Positions 12,750-26,202 of a stretch of 61,095 nt of DNA are shown here, piece by piece. The first letter of the stretch is position 1, and every line of letters starts with the position of its first letter. The stretch spans positions 264,850,776 to 264,911,870 of the forward strand of contig NC_058135.1 in assembly GCF_016433145.1 (NCBI RefSeq), given 5' to 3'. The position numbers and the translations under genes are program-made. The stretch is from Gracilinanus agilis (taxonomy: Eukaryota). The notes under the pieces are model-generated. The model was given only the letters and a program-made list of their open reading frames with translations. It ran no database searches and was not told where the DNA came from.

Positions 12750-15589
12750 GCTAAGACCAGTGTGGAAGAGTTTATACCAGATATAACCAACAAGATAAAT
12801 CTGTTCAATGACTAATGAGTAAACAGCATCAAGCCAGAGAAAATGTATCTAGCATTAGGTGGCAAGAGGTGCTCATCTAAAGGGTTCTCAAGTGCTCTGG
12901 GGGATACCTGTGCAGAGGCCACATAACATAGGAGATACTTAATTTTCTTTGAAGCTATTCAACCATTATTATTAGATAATATTACACTGTAGTAATTGAG
13001 TTTTGGATTATGATAAGCCATTCATAATGAGGTACGTGTCATTAAAATAGATTATCCTGGATATATTTGCTTAAAAAGAGAATCAACAAATAATGGAAAC
13101 ATTGTGAAAAATATTAAGCAGATAGATTAGATAGAAAGATGATAGACAAGGAGATACCTACATACATACCTTGATGAAAGACAGAATAATTAAGATTTGT
13201 TTAAGACTTTCTATGTGGTCAGACACTGTAATACGAACTTGGAACATAAATATAAAAAAGTAAAACAAAAAAGGAACTTACTTTCTAATGGAAGTAATAA
13301 CAAATAATGGGGAGCCTGGGGGAGTAGAGAAAGATGGGGAAAGGCTTGAAAGGTGATGGGTTGGGGCTGAAACAGTTTCATGGAGAGCTGGGCTGAGCAA
13401 ATGGTATTCTATCAGAGTCAAGGACCCAGGAGACTATGAACTACAAATATATGTGTTTGTGGGTGTGTACACATATACATATACAGACACATATACTACA
13501 TTAGCACATATAAACATGTATATATATGTATTACATGAATACAAACTGTGAAATTATATATGTAATGAGTATATGTATTATAGGAATAGAATTATATGTA
13601 CACATAATTAGATTCCAAACAAATTAATTTCCTTTGTAATCTTATGTATATTATTTTAAGCACTTAAAAACATTATTCTCAAAATAGTGCTATTTGATCT
13701 TAATATTCTCTAGTCTAGAGTTAGTTATCTTTCCACTGTATCCTCATCAAAAAAAAATCTATCACAAATGTGGAAGAAGTATCATTAACGCCAGCATCCT
13801 CTGTCCTAACCCAGGAGTAAATTGAGGCTCACAATAATGAATTTTTAAAAATATTAAATGGCACAGAATCGAGCATGAATGTCTGGGACACTCAGCATGT
13901 GGAGTTTTATACCATAGTTCACATTCCTAACTTCTCTTTTCTCCACATCCTGGCCATCTCATTTGGGAATGCAAGGATCAAATAATTGTTTGCCAGTGTA
14001 CACTTCCCCTTCTGTGATTTGTTGTAAATACTCCCCTAAGACACTGGTCATGAGATTCTTCTATAAATCAAATATATAAATATAATCCTATTTCATAGAG
14101 AGCTATTGGGAGGCCCAGTGAAGAGGAAATTGCATTAAAAAATGTAGCTTCCCCACATGGGGCAGAATGTATCACAAATGCCTCATTTATTGCTGGGAGG
14201 GCTGGTACAGACTGTACACCCGCCAGGTCATTTTTACTACTACATTCATTTTCCTCTGTGCTTACTGAAATGAAAAATCTCCATACCTGAGGAAAAAAAA
14301 ATAACAGCGTTGCATCTCTTCCCTCTCTCCCTGGTGACAACTCCTGCTTGGAAGAGCCAACTTGCTCTATTCCAGTATATGAGCTATGCTGACAAAGCCT
14401 GGAGAATAACACTGACTGAAGAGAATGGTGAATTACCTTTGCTTTGGGAAAATGCAAAACACCAAACACCCATAGCATGGCTAGCAGCTTCAATTCCCAG
14501 CCAAAATTTGCCTGGAATACTGCAGGAACCACAAACATTCTTTTCAACACCTGCACACCCAGCACATCATCACCATGGCCACATACCAGGGAGCGCCATT
14601 TTGGATGTTTTCCTGAGACTCCCTGTGTTCTGAAAGTGTACCCCACTCAGCTGAAATGTTCAACAGCAAAATAGTTAATTATTCCTCTGCCCCCCAGACC
14701 TAGGAAACCAGCCTATGCATCCATATACATGCATAAATAAGATGTGTACATTATATGCAGAATACATGTCAACACATGGATAGTAAAGATATATGTATGC
14801 ATACATGTGTGTGGTATGTTTGTATAAAATACACACATGGGTATACCCCTATGCTTACACACATCTCCTCTCTCTCTGAGTCTCTCTCATTTTCACTACC
14901 TATCTCCAACCCCCATTGAATGTGGCCCAAAAGCCTGATTTCAAGAGCTCTGAGAATAGCAGCATCAACCAGACCATTAAATTGACTAGTAGATGCTATG
15001 CAGCCACATTTAAATGAAGAAAATCTTGTGGAAAAGAAATCCACCATTTTCAATACCATTAACTACTGACCTAGTGCCACCAACATGCAAGTTAAGTCCA
15101 AGTGCGAGAACCCTGGAGAAAACAGCATCCCCTACCTGAAATCAACAACCCTTCCTCCAAACTAGTAATGGCAACCATCATACAGAAGAGAAATCCATGT
15201 AGAAATGGGACCTGGCATTCTCTACAGTGGGTGTCATAGCTCCGGTCCCATCCACAGCCTCAGTTATGGAAGACATGGAAAATAAAGTTCTCTTCATTCA
15301 AGTCTTTGACACAGTCAAATATTTCCAAATAAGAAGCAGATATACTTTTCTCTGTTAATACAAAGGGTATTAATAAAAGTGCATCATCATCTTCCTTAAT
15401 GTGAAAAAGGATAGGATTACAAGCCTTTTCGATCTGACTTATAACTGAAGCTTCCAATGTGTATTGGCTCTTCCATGAGAAAAAGAACAGAATATAAAGG
15501 ACTGTGTCTATTTTTCTACTTCTTACTATTTAACATAATGTTTGGCACACAATAAGCCCTTAATTGATATTTCTTTTATTTTGCCTTGC

Positions 15590-16020
15590 TTCCTTGCTTC
15601 CTCCTTTCCTTCCTTCCTCCCTACCTTATTTCTTCCTTCCTTCCTTCCTTCCTTCCTTCCTTCCTTCCTCCCTTTCTTCTTCCCTACCTTCTTTCCTTCC
15701 TACCTCCTTCCCTCCCTCGCTTCCTTTTTTCCTTCCTTTCTTCCTCCTTTCCTTCCTTCCGCTACCTTATTTCTTCCTTCATTCCTCCCTTCCTTCATCC
15801 TTATCTTCTTCCCTACCNNNNNNNNNNNNNNNNNNNNNNNNNNNNNNNNNNNNNNNNNNNNNNNNNNNNNNNNNNNNNNNNNNNNNNNNNNNNNNNNNNN
15901 NNNNNNNNNNNNNNNNNNNNNNNNNNNNNNNNNNNNNNNNNNNNNNNNNNNNNNNCTTCTTTCCTTCCTACCACCTTCCTTTCTTCCTTTTTTCTTCTTC
16001 CTTCCTTCCTTTTTTCTTTC
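15590..16020. repeat. (TTCC)n-derived polypyrimidine microsatellite, with N-gap 15818-15955
   Basis: Direct reading of imperfect TTCC arrays flanking an N run. Confidence 0.95.
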
Positions 16021-16204
16021 CAAAATCATATATATATATAAAGATATAAATACTCACAAAAATATATATGCATACATACATGCATATTGGAAATAAAATG
16101 TTGATTTCATTGATAAAAGAAATTCCCAATGATAAAATTATTGCTCTAAGAACTGTATTATCTTGGTTATCTTGCCTATCTGACATTCAGATTCTTCATG
16201 AATA

Positions 16205-16400
16205 TAAAGAAGAAGGAAGGAAGAAGGAAAAGAGGGAAGAAAGGAAGGAAGCAAGGAAAGAAGGAAGGAAGGAAGAGGGGAAGAAAGGATGGAAAGAGGG
16301 AAGGTAGGAGGGAAAGAGGGAAGGAAGGAAGAAAGGAAGAGCTATAGGGTGGGAGGGAGGTAGTAAGAGAGGTATGGAAGGAGGGAAGGAAGAAGGAAAA
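16205..16400. repeat. (GGAA)n-derived polypurine microsatellite
   Basis: Direct reading of imperfect GAAG/GGAA arrays. Confidence 0.95.
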
Positions 16401-16974
16401 TTTTATGATACCCCTACTACATGATTGCCAGAATTGTGCTAAGGGCCTTAGAAATATTATCAGCCTCAGCTTCTATAAATAACAGACATAGTTTCAAAAT
16501 AAAAGTCAGGGTTTATGCTCTTGTGATCAAAGAAGTGCTAGATGTCCAGGCAATTTGGTCCTTTCATAGGTTAAAATTTATTGATGGAAGACACCCTGAC
16601 CATCACCTAGAAAACAAAAATTGCTAATATGACTATCTGACTATACCTGATTTCCGTAATGTTAGCAATATATATACAATATATCTGATATTTCTCTAAT
16701 GAAGCATTTCTAACAGCAAAATTTACTCTGAATTTGAGGGAGAAGGCTATATAATGAATATCAACATCTCCCTTCATACAAGATGATTAGCTCTCTCCTT
16801 TGGCATGCAGTAGAATTAGCATCAAGTGAGACAAATTCTCACAGATAAAACTAAAATGCAGGGATAGGAAGACTTGATATTCCCACCAAGAAGTGGGCCT
16901 ATATAGGCCTATATATCTTCATCCTGAGAAAAATCGTCACTTCTCTTATACTAGTTCCTGTCTCACTTATTATT

Positions 16975-19900
16975 TAAATTACTATTCTTTATTAATAGAA
17001 TGTATTCATAAGTCTTTCAATTCTTCCCTCTCTTCCCTGCATCACAGAAGGCATCATTTGGGAGACAGACAATGTATATGTAAATTATATATTTTAATTT
17101 TCCATTTCTCAATTCACTCTCTGTAGGTAATAATTCCTAAGTTCTTCTTCAAGTATTAAATCTATAGATATGTATAATGTTGTCTTAGTTCTATTCCCTT
17201 TACTGTTTATTATCGCATGTAGTTCTTTCTAATTTTTTTCTTTTTTATTAGCCTGCTCATCATTTCTAATAATGCAGAAGAATGCCATTATAATTATATA
17301 CAATTTGTTTAGCTATTCCTAATTGAGGCATCCCTTCAATTATAAGTTCTTTGTAAACACAAAGAGAGCTGCTACAAATATTTTGGAAAACATAGGTTCT
17401 TTTCTTTTCCCACTGTTTTGGGAAATAGATATCTAAGACTATATACAGTTTTATAGTTTTCTGCGTATAGTTCCAAATCATTCTCCAAAAATGGTTGGAT
17501 CAGTGATCAGCTCTACCAACAATGTATTGGTATGCCCATTTTTGCACATCTACTCCAACATTTGTTATTTTGTCCTTTTATCCTTTTAACCTATCTGATG
17601 CGTGTGTATGAGATGATATGTCAGAATGTTGTTTTAATTTCTTTAATGAATTGTGACTTGGAACATTTTTTCATATGCCTATTATGGCTTTAATTTCTTC
17701 ATCTGAAAATTATTCATATCATTTATCCATTTTTCAATTGAGGGATGGCAGTGACTCTTATGAATTTGACAATGTTCTCAATGCATTTTAGATATGAGAC
17801 CTCTCTCTGAGAGGTTATTTTTAACACCCCCCCCCATTTTTTTGCTTCCTTCTTGGCAACATTTGTTTTATTTGTATAAAAAATTTTCAATTTAATGTAT
17901 TTAAAATTATCCATTTTACATCTCATAATGTTCTATATCTCTTGGTGACTCATGCATTTTTCTCCTATTCAAAAATCTGATAGACAATCCCTGTTCTAAA
18001 TTACTTTTAATATCTCCTTTTATGTTTAGATCATGTATCCATTTTGATCTTATGATAAGTGAATGGTGTCAGATACTGTTCTAGACCTAGTTTTTGCCAA
18101 AATGCTTTCCAATTGTCCAAAGAATTTTTCCCCCAAATAGTGATCTCTTCCTGCCCAAACCTATATCAATGTTTTTGTCTGAAAAAGGTTACTACAATCT
18201 TTTTACTACTGTTTGTTGTATGTCTGTTTTCTTTCAATGATCTTTCTTTCTCTTTCTTCGCCCATACCAGACAGTATAAATAATTACTATTTCATATTGC
18301 AATTTAAAATATACTATTACACCTCCTTCCTTTACATTTTTCATTGATTCTTTTGATAATCTTGATCTTTTGTTCTTCCAAAGCATACTTTTAAAGTTTT
18401 CTAGCTCAATAAAATATTTTTTTGGTAATTTAATTGGGATGGCATTGAATAAGTTGATTACTTTATGAAGGACTGTCATTTTGGCGCTTCCCATCCATAT
18501 AATTAAAATATAGATATGACTTTATTTACATAAAGTTTTATATTTATGTTCATATAGCTTCTGGGTTTGTTTTAGCATTATATTCCCAAGTATTTTATTC
18601 TGTGGTTATTTTAAATGGAGTATCTCTTTTTTATTTCTTCTCACAGGATGTTGTTAGTAATATATGAAAATGCTGATGATTTTTGTGGGTTTTTTTATGT
18701 CATCCTCCATCTTTGCTAAAATTATTGTTAGTTTCAACTAACTTTTTAAGTTGTATCTCTAGGACTTTCCACATATACCATCACTTCATTCACAAAAAAT
18801 AGATAGTTGTATTACCTACCCCTTTGTTCATTCTAATTTCTTCAGTTTCAGTTTCTTTTAATATTGCTATTGCTGGCATTTCTAATACATGGTTAAAAAA
18901 TATTGGTGATAATGGTCATCCTTGTTTCACTCCTGATCTTAATTGGCAAGGTATCTAGCATATCTATTGTAAATAATACTTGCTAATGGTTTTAGGTATA
19001 TTCTTCATATCATTTTAAGAAAAAAATCCTCTTATACCTATGCTTTCCAGTGTTTTTAATAGGAATGAATGTTGTATTTTTTCAAAGGCTTTTTCAGTAT
19101 CTATTGATATGATCACATGGCTTTTATTACTTTTGTTATTAACATAATCAATTATGTTGATATTTTCCTTATATTAAACCATCCCTTCATTTTGGTATAA
19201 ATATTGTTTGGTCATGATGTATAAACTTTGGATTATATATATATATATATACATATATATATTTATTTGAATAAATATATGTTGCCTAATAATTACTTTA
19301 TTTTCATCTTCATTAGTGGCATATTCATCCTTTTCACCTTTAGTGCTAGAGATTTGGTTTTGTTCCCTCATTTTAAAAAAATCATATTATTGAGTAGTTT
19401 ATCAGTTTTGCTTATTTTAAAAAAAACAATTCCTAGATTTATTAATTCAATGACTTTCTTATTTTCAGCTTTATTGATCTCACCTTTAATTTTTAGGATT
19501 TCTAATTTGATGTTTAGTTGGGGATTTATAATTTGTTCTTTTTCTATTTTTTTGAATTACACTCCCAATTCACTGATCTTTTCTTTCTCTATTTTAACAT
19601 AAGTATGCAGAGATATAAATTTCCCCCTATTTTACTGCTTCTGCTATATCCATAGGTTTTGGTATGTTGTCTCATTATCATCATCATCACTTTCTTTAAT
19701 AAAAAATGTTTAATTGTTTCTATGATTTGTTCTTTAAATGACTTAATCTTTAAAAGATTAAATTATTTATTCTCCAATTAGTTTTTACTTTTGTTTCCAT
19801 GGTCCCCAATTATTTACAATAAAAAATGTCTCACAGCCTAAAAAAGGATGCATTTACTATCTCTGCTCTTCTATTTAAGTTTATTATTTTTGTACCCTAA

Positions 19901-20100
19901 CACATGATCAATTTTTTGGTAAAGGTGTGATGTACCACTGAGAAGAAGGTAATAATATACCTTTCTTTTCCCATATAATTTTCCCCAGATAGCTATCAGA
20001 TTTCACTTCTCTGAGATTCTATTCCTCTCCTAGACTTCCTTCTATTTTTTGGTTAAATTTATCTAATTCTGAGAGGAGAAAATTGATAACTCCCTCCATT
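16975..20100 (-). mobile_element. Old L1 LINE, 3' ~3 kb (ORF2 remnant plus 3'UTR), decayed and internally deleted
   Basis: Track ORF 18234-18494(-) reads 'INLFNAIPIKLPKKYFIELE..WKNKRSRLSK..GG..TVWY', which is recognisable L1 ORF2 C-terminal sequence. The T-rich + strand fits antisense L1. Confidence 0.92.
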
Positions 20101-20214
20101 ATGAGGATAATATTCATTATTTTAGTTAAAACTTCTTGCATTTAAAGGGACTGTATATCTACTTCACACATTTTAATGCCAATTTTAAATAAAAAATAAT
20201 GTTAAATCCTTTTT

Positions 20215-20470
20215 AAGTAGTAAGCTAGGGGACCCATTGGATACAGTGCTGAGCTAGGAATTAGGCAAACCTGGTATTGAAGGCTGTCTCAGACACTAGC
20301 TGGATAACCCTGGGTAAGTCATTTAACGTTTCCAAAATCTTGTTTTCCTCATCTGTAAAATGGGGATAAAAAGAACATTTATTTCTTAAAATTTTTAAAG
20401 GACTAAATGAGATAATATATGTAAAGTGCTTGGCAAAACTTAAAGTGCAATATGAATTCTAGTTGCTCAT
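20215..20470 (+). mobile_element. MIR-family SINE
   Basis: 'ggataaccctgggtaagtcattt..ttttcctcatctgtaaaatggggataa...gagataatatatgtaaagtgctt' is a near full-length MIR. Confidence 0.75.
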
Positions 20471-21222
20471 TAAAAATTTAGCTTCTCTCTGTACTGTAAA
20501 AATATATCTTTTCCTCTCTAATCTATCTTCACCTTTTATGAGAAACAGTACACTTTACATGAATTAGTCATGAATAATATTTTCTAGGGAAAAAAAGAAA
20601 GAAAAAGTGAACCAGGTTCTAACTATTGATTGAGCCCTTGACTTTGAACCAGAAATCATTTCAATTTGAACAATGTTTTCTTAAGCAACTGTATATTATA
20701 TGCCAAGTACTATGCTAGATGTAGGCACTTATAAAGACAAAAATTGGCCAATTCCTGGCCTCAAGGAGCTTTTATTCCATCATATGACATAATATATATA
20801 CAAGTAGGTAGCTATTCAGTATAAAATACTGAAAAGTAAATTAAAGTTGAGGGGAGCTTTCCTACTGGGGAGAATCAGGACAAAGACTTGTGCAGGAAAT
20901 GATATCCAAGTTTTACTAAAAAACTGACATCCTGAATTCAAATCTTGGCTCAATACTTATTGTTTATATAACTAAAGCCAAGCCATTTTATGTTCTAAGC
21001 CTGCTTTGTAAAACATGAATACTAATACTTTTTTCTTCACAGAATATCGAGGAGGAAACATTTTAATAAGGTATAATGTAATAATTATACTTATATCTGA
21101 ATACAGTAAATATTGTACATTTTTATTATTTTTCCAAAAAGTATCAATAAATGAAATCTTTAGAATGTAAGCCCTTTTAGGCTTACTTTTGTTTCTGAAG
21201 AACCTAGTATAGTACATTGCAT

Positions 21223-21415
21223 NNNNNNNNNNNNNNNNNNNNNNNNNNNNNNNNNNNNNNNNNNNNNNNNNNNNNNNNNNNNNNNNNNNNNNNNNNNNNN
21301 NNNNNNNNNNNNNNNNNNNNNNNNNNNNNNNNNNNNNNNNNNNNNNNNNNNNNNNNNNNNNNNNNNNNNNNNNNNNNNNNNNNNNNNNNNNNNNNNNNNN
21401 NNNNNNNNNNNNNNN
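21223..21415. other. Assembly gap (N run)
   Basis: N characters. Other gaps are at 15818-15955, 36125-36260, 41613-41693, 51062-51163 and 54754-54983. Confidence 1.
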
Positions 21416-22209
21416 TTGGAAGGGACTTTAGTTATCATTTAGTCTCTCCTTTTCAATTAACATACTAGGGAACCAAAGTCCAGAGTGGTTAGGTGACTTG
21501 CCCTGGAGTCATTAAGTAGGAGACCAATCTGGGATTTGAACTCTGGAATTCTGACTCCAAATCCAATGATTTTACCATTTTACCACAAAACTAAGCTTGC
21601 ATTATAGTTTTAATGCATTGAATCAGTGCATTATCAATGACCCTAAAAATATCCTTTCTTTTCCCTCTGGCTCAGTTTCCCTAAATGCAAATGAGGGGCT
21701 TGGACTAGATCTCCAAGGACAGTTAATCAATCAAGAAACATTTATTAAACAATTTCTGTGTGGTACACCTCATGGGAAACTCTAGGAATACTTGCAGGGG
21801 AGTGATGGGGTTACTTGCCCTCACAGGCTTACAACTCAGTGGAGTAGACAACATACAAAAAATACAAGATACATATAGTGAAAACATCAAGGAGTCTCAG
21901 AGAGAAAAATACTGGTGAAGGGGTTATACCTCGAAAGGTTATTTTTTTTTAATTTTTTTGAAAGGTTATTTTTAAAATTCTGACATCCACTGATTCTTCT
22001 TATATCCATTACCCAAAAAGAAAATATAAATGTTATACCACTTTTTCAAATGGACCCTTTAAGAGCATGTCACATTGGTTGAAAAATATATTTCCAGAGT
22101 CTCAGAGGGCCGCTTTTTCCCTCCTCTTTCTTTTTTAATGACCCACTATTTCCTAAACTTCTCTCTTCACAAGAGGCATACCACCTGCTTCTAATCATTT
22201 CCCTTCCAG

Positions 22210-22343
22210 CCTGAACCTGGATATTTTTAATGTCAATTCAGAATAGTACATAAGTCACTTAGTTAATAAGCATTCTCAACAGTGCTTTAGAAATGGAAAG
22301 AAATGCTCTCGTTACCCTTCTGCTATGTAGCACGGTCCCTGAA
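22210..22343 (+). ncRNA. Candidate exon of an unannotated spliced transcript
   Basis: Branch-like CTAATC, then pyrimidine tract ATTTCCCTTCCAG|, then donor GAA|GTATGT. All three frames are closed from the exon start, but a strong-Kozak ATG lies at 22293. Confidence 0.25.
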
Positions 22344-25171
22344 GTATGTATTATTATTATTCTTATTACCCAGTTGCACTGAGCTAATTTTCACTTTGCT
22401 AATTTGCAAGCCAGTCAATTCTTGAATTTCCCCTCATCCCATCCTATTTCTGCTTTCTTTCTCTGGGCAATATACACATTTGTAAGACCGTTAGTGTGCG
22501 TGTATATATGTTTATTTTACCACACAAAGGGAGAGTTACGTACAAAAATATAAAATGCCTTCATACACATGTAGCTATCTATACACATATATGTATTAAT
22601 TTGTGTGTACATATATGGAGAAAGAGGGTAAGGGAAGATTGGAGAGAGAGAGAGAGATAAGAGATGGGGGAAAGGAAAAGAAAAGTTAGTAGGAAAAAAA
22701 AACAGATCTCCAAAAGCACCAAGGAAGCTCTTAAGGATTTTAAATTTCTTAATTTTTCCAGAAGACTTAAAAGCATATTAATTTTTATGCAAAGAAATGT
22801 TTCCATAAATAATTGCCACTCAACTACACTTGTCAAAATAAATATCCAAATTCTGCTCACTTGTTCAAGTAGTGAATTACTTTATTGATGATAATGGTCT
22901 CTCTCTTCATTGGCCCAAGCTCACTGAGACAACAGGGTAAAGAGGCACCCTTTAGCGGAATATCAGAGCAGAGGAGAAATGGCATCAGTCATTCACTGAC
23001 AATTCTAGTAGTGCACCTCTTGATGCCCAGAAAGGATATACTGGCTTGAATCCCTTACTCTGGGTCCAGGTTTCCCATTTCCAACAAAACCTCTTGGATT
23101 TGTCATTCCTGAGAAATATTGCTTCCAAACCCCTCTTTGCTTCCCTGTAAGGATGGAATCTTGGAACTTGATTCTTTTGCCCAGGACATGGTTTCCCTTC
23201 ATAACTAATTACCATCCAAATTATTTGCTACCAAGATATGGAGGCACTGTTCAAAACACCCCTGTTTCTAATTGGCTTTCAGAGATGCAGAGAAATTGTT
23301 TAATAATGACCATTTTTTAAACAAGTCCAGATATCCATTTTAATATATGGATTATGGCCATAAACCTTTAAGAGTGTTAAATTTTTTGCTACCCAAAGAT
23401 TCAAACAATATTTCATCCTTCATTTTCCGTGAATACTTATGAGGATGTATGGAACTGAAAAACAGGAACACTAGGTAGAAGAAAATCATGGTAATGTTTA
23501 GAACCATTCTTGTCATCCATTTGACCTTGCTTGATTTTGATGATAGCTTTGTTTATACATTGGCCTGGATATACATTTCCTTCTCTTAACTAAGAAAATT
23601 TATGGGATTTGCATTTCTATTCTTTTATCCTTGGACTTTACCAATGTGATATTCCAGGTCTTGATGTAGTATGGAGACAATTGTAGGTTTTTAAAACCTA
23701 TGTTAATAAGTATAAAGTCTAGTACCTTTTATCTACCTACTTAGAAAGGTTTCCAACATGGAACCAGAGATTTCAATTATCTAAGATTAGCCTAATTATC
23801 AATTTATATTATCTAAGATTAACCTAGTTAAGGGCAGAGAACATTATTAGTACTAGATTGGCTACTGGCTGATACATTCATTGGCCAGAGTAAGCAATAC
23901 AATAGAAATTTAGTGAAATAAACAGCCTAATTCCAACGTGGCCTCCCCTCTATTTCTATAATGATGGTGGAATCGTGGCTGAATTATAGGGAAAGGGGTT
24001 GCAGGTCATGAAATTTTAATATAATCTCTAAGTATTAATTAAATGGTCAGAGCACTGAAAGTGAGTGCATCATTCAACAATCAATGATTTGATCCAGTAT
24101 TAAAAAATCTAAAGCACATAGACACTGACATTTTCACTTTAAAAATAATATACGAATATAAAGAAGTTGCAGCTAATGGAAAGATCACTTATAGGCATTC
24201 CTTGGGAAGAAAATAAAAGTATTTCATTGTGAACCCAAAGATAACAATACAAGTGACTTCATAAACTGCTTGGTCTTGACTTACACTAGGCAGGATAGAT
24301 ACAAGCATAAAAATAATAGAGAACATAATTGTGTTTAATGTGTCAACATCTGCTATAAAAGGATGTAGGAGTAGAGACATTTTATGGATAATTTGACAGG
24401 ACCCTCCTAATCAAATTAACAGATGCCACCATATTCAGTGAAAATATAGAAGATACCTAAGGCATTTAGATGTTTCAGAAACAGAACACTTGCACTGTAT
24501 AAATAATTTCTTAAAGAAGAAAGACTGAAGATATTCGACATTTTGAGCACTGAATATATACGAAAATAGGAACTGATATGAGTACAGATGGCATACATTC
24601 ACATATTGATGGGGGAATTATTTCAGAATCGGTTGTACTTGTTCCTTCGGATTATCAATTTTTGATCAAAGGTCAAAATCTACATCAAATCAGACAATGA
24701 CACGTGAGATGGTGAGATGGTGAGCTTTTGCACTAGCTTCATCCTATTGTTTTTAAACAAGCTGTTGAGTCTGACAGAGAAAATGGATACATCTTTTTTT
24801 TTAAAACCATATTTTTATGGTCCTTCAGAGTCCTAGAGGATAAGACAGAGGAAACCTGGATTTATTTGAGTGATGTGTTGGCATACAAACGAACAGATAA
24901 AGCTGCAGAGAATAAGCCTGCTTCCCAGATCTATCTCAAGTCCAACTCCTCTTCTGGATACAAGTTCTTTTTGTATAAAAGAAAGCATTCCACGATTTTC
25001 TGACTAATTGAGGGAGTGGGGGGGTACTGGGTTACTTTTTTTCTCAGTTTGGAAGTCTAGTGGAAGCCTGATTGCACAATTACTTGGTAAAGGAGCCTTG
25101 ATTCAGTCTATTTCTAAGCATGGCTGGTTTGCCATCCTTAGGTAGCTTAGTGCACCTCTCTCTCACTTCAG

Positions 25172-25297
25172 AGAACTCAGCGTATTCATGCCAAGCTTAG
25201 TGCTGACACTTGATCAGATGTGGCACGCTATAGATCAGAACTCCAGCACTTAGTGCTTCCACCCGTCTCAGCCTTCCCCAGGCGCTGGAGATTACAG
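25172..25297 (+). ncRNA. Candidate exon (126 nt; alternative internal acceptor gives a 16-nt exon 25282-25297)
   Basis: Acceptor CACCTCTCTCTCACTTCAG| and perfect donor CAG|GTGAGT at 25298. Four CpGs are retained. The long form has stops in all frames. Confidence 0.3.
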
Positions 25298-26202
25298 GTG
25301 AGTTCATTAGGCATAGACTCAGCAGATAATTATGGAAAGAGAGAGACAAGAGGCTCACAGTGTGAGAGTCTGGTCTGGGTTGTGACCAGATCATTTATCT
25401 ACATTAATACAGGCAAGGCAAAAGATAATAGGGTCATGGATTTAAAGGTGTAAGGTCCTCAGATATTCAACCTCCTTTAATAGAAAAGGAAACAGATAGT
25501 AAAGCAAGCTATATGATTTCTTCCAGCTCATAAACATAATTATAAGTAGAGAACTTCTACAATTTGCACTCAAGACCTTTAGCTACAGAATCAGGGCTCT
25601 TTCCACTAAAGCTCATAGAGATAAACTTTCCTTCAAAGTTTCTTATTTTAAATTGAAACAAGAATAATTATTTCCCAGAAGTCTGCAATTATCTAACACA
25701 TATAACATACATATCTATATATTCATATACCTGTGTGTATATATGTATATTTATTTGATCAGGCATTAAAATGAATTCCTCATAAAAAAGGACAGATCAA
25801 TGGAAAACAAAGGGTGAAAGGAAATGGAATTTGTAAATATACAAGATCCATTGGGTTAGAATGGTCTCAGAGCAATCACCAGATATGATGGTTAAGAATT
25901 GATACCAATATGTTTGCTTTTTATCTTTTAAAAAAATTCTGAGCATTCTTTTGGGAGTTCAATTTTTTTTTCTTCTGAACTACAATGCAGTTCATTGTTA
26001 AAACAAACAAAACATACAAAAAATAATAAAGCACCATCCTGAGTGATTGCAATGGCTTCACCCAGCCTGGTCAATTCATCATGGTGAACACACATACAGT
26101 CCAGTCTGGGATGGGTTACACATGGCTGCAATTTCAAAGACTGGCAGAGGCATATTTCAACAGGTCCCCTAAATAGTGGGCCATTTTAATTTCACACTAC
26201 AG

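Noticed and set aside
14068-14646. 192-aa minus-strand ORF and overlapping 107-aa plus-strand ORF as a gene
   Set aside because: No recognisable domain or family, and the ORF runs through a poly-T splice-like tract. The length is attainable by chance. Kept only as a microexon/CNE candidate.
15260-15457. Minus ORF containing 'IEKACNPIL', reminiscent of the HSP70 lid motif 'LEKVCNPII'
   Set aside because: Flanking residues show no HSP70 similarity. A short chance match.
15542-16307. Long ORFs of 109-184 aa (FLPSFLPS.., KEGRKEG..)
   Set aside because: They are translations of (TTCC)n/(GGAA)n microsatellites and N-gaps.
19228-19602. 124-aa hydrophobic plus-strand ORF
   Set aside because: It is the antisense reading of decayed L1 plus a (TA)n tract.
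25247-25262. miR-302/430-like word 'agtgcttcc'
   Set aside because: The seed is imperfect (TAGTGC vs AAGTGC) and no pre-miRNA hairpin is visible.
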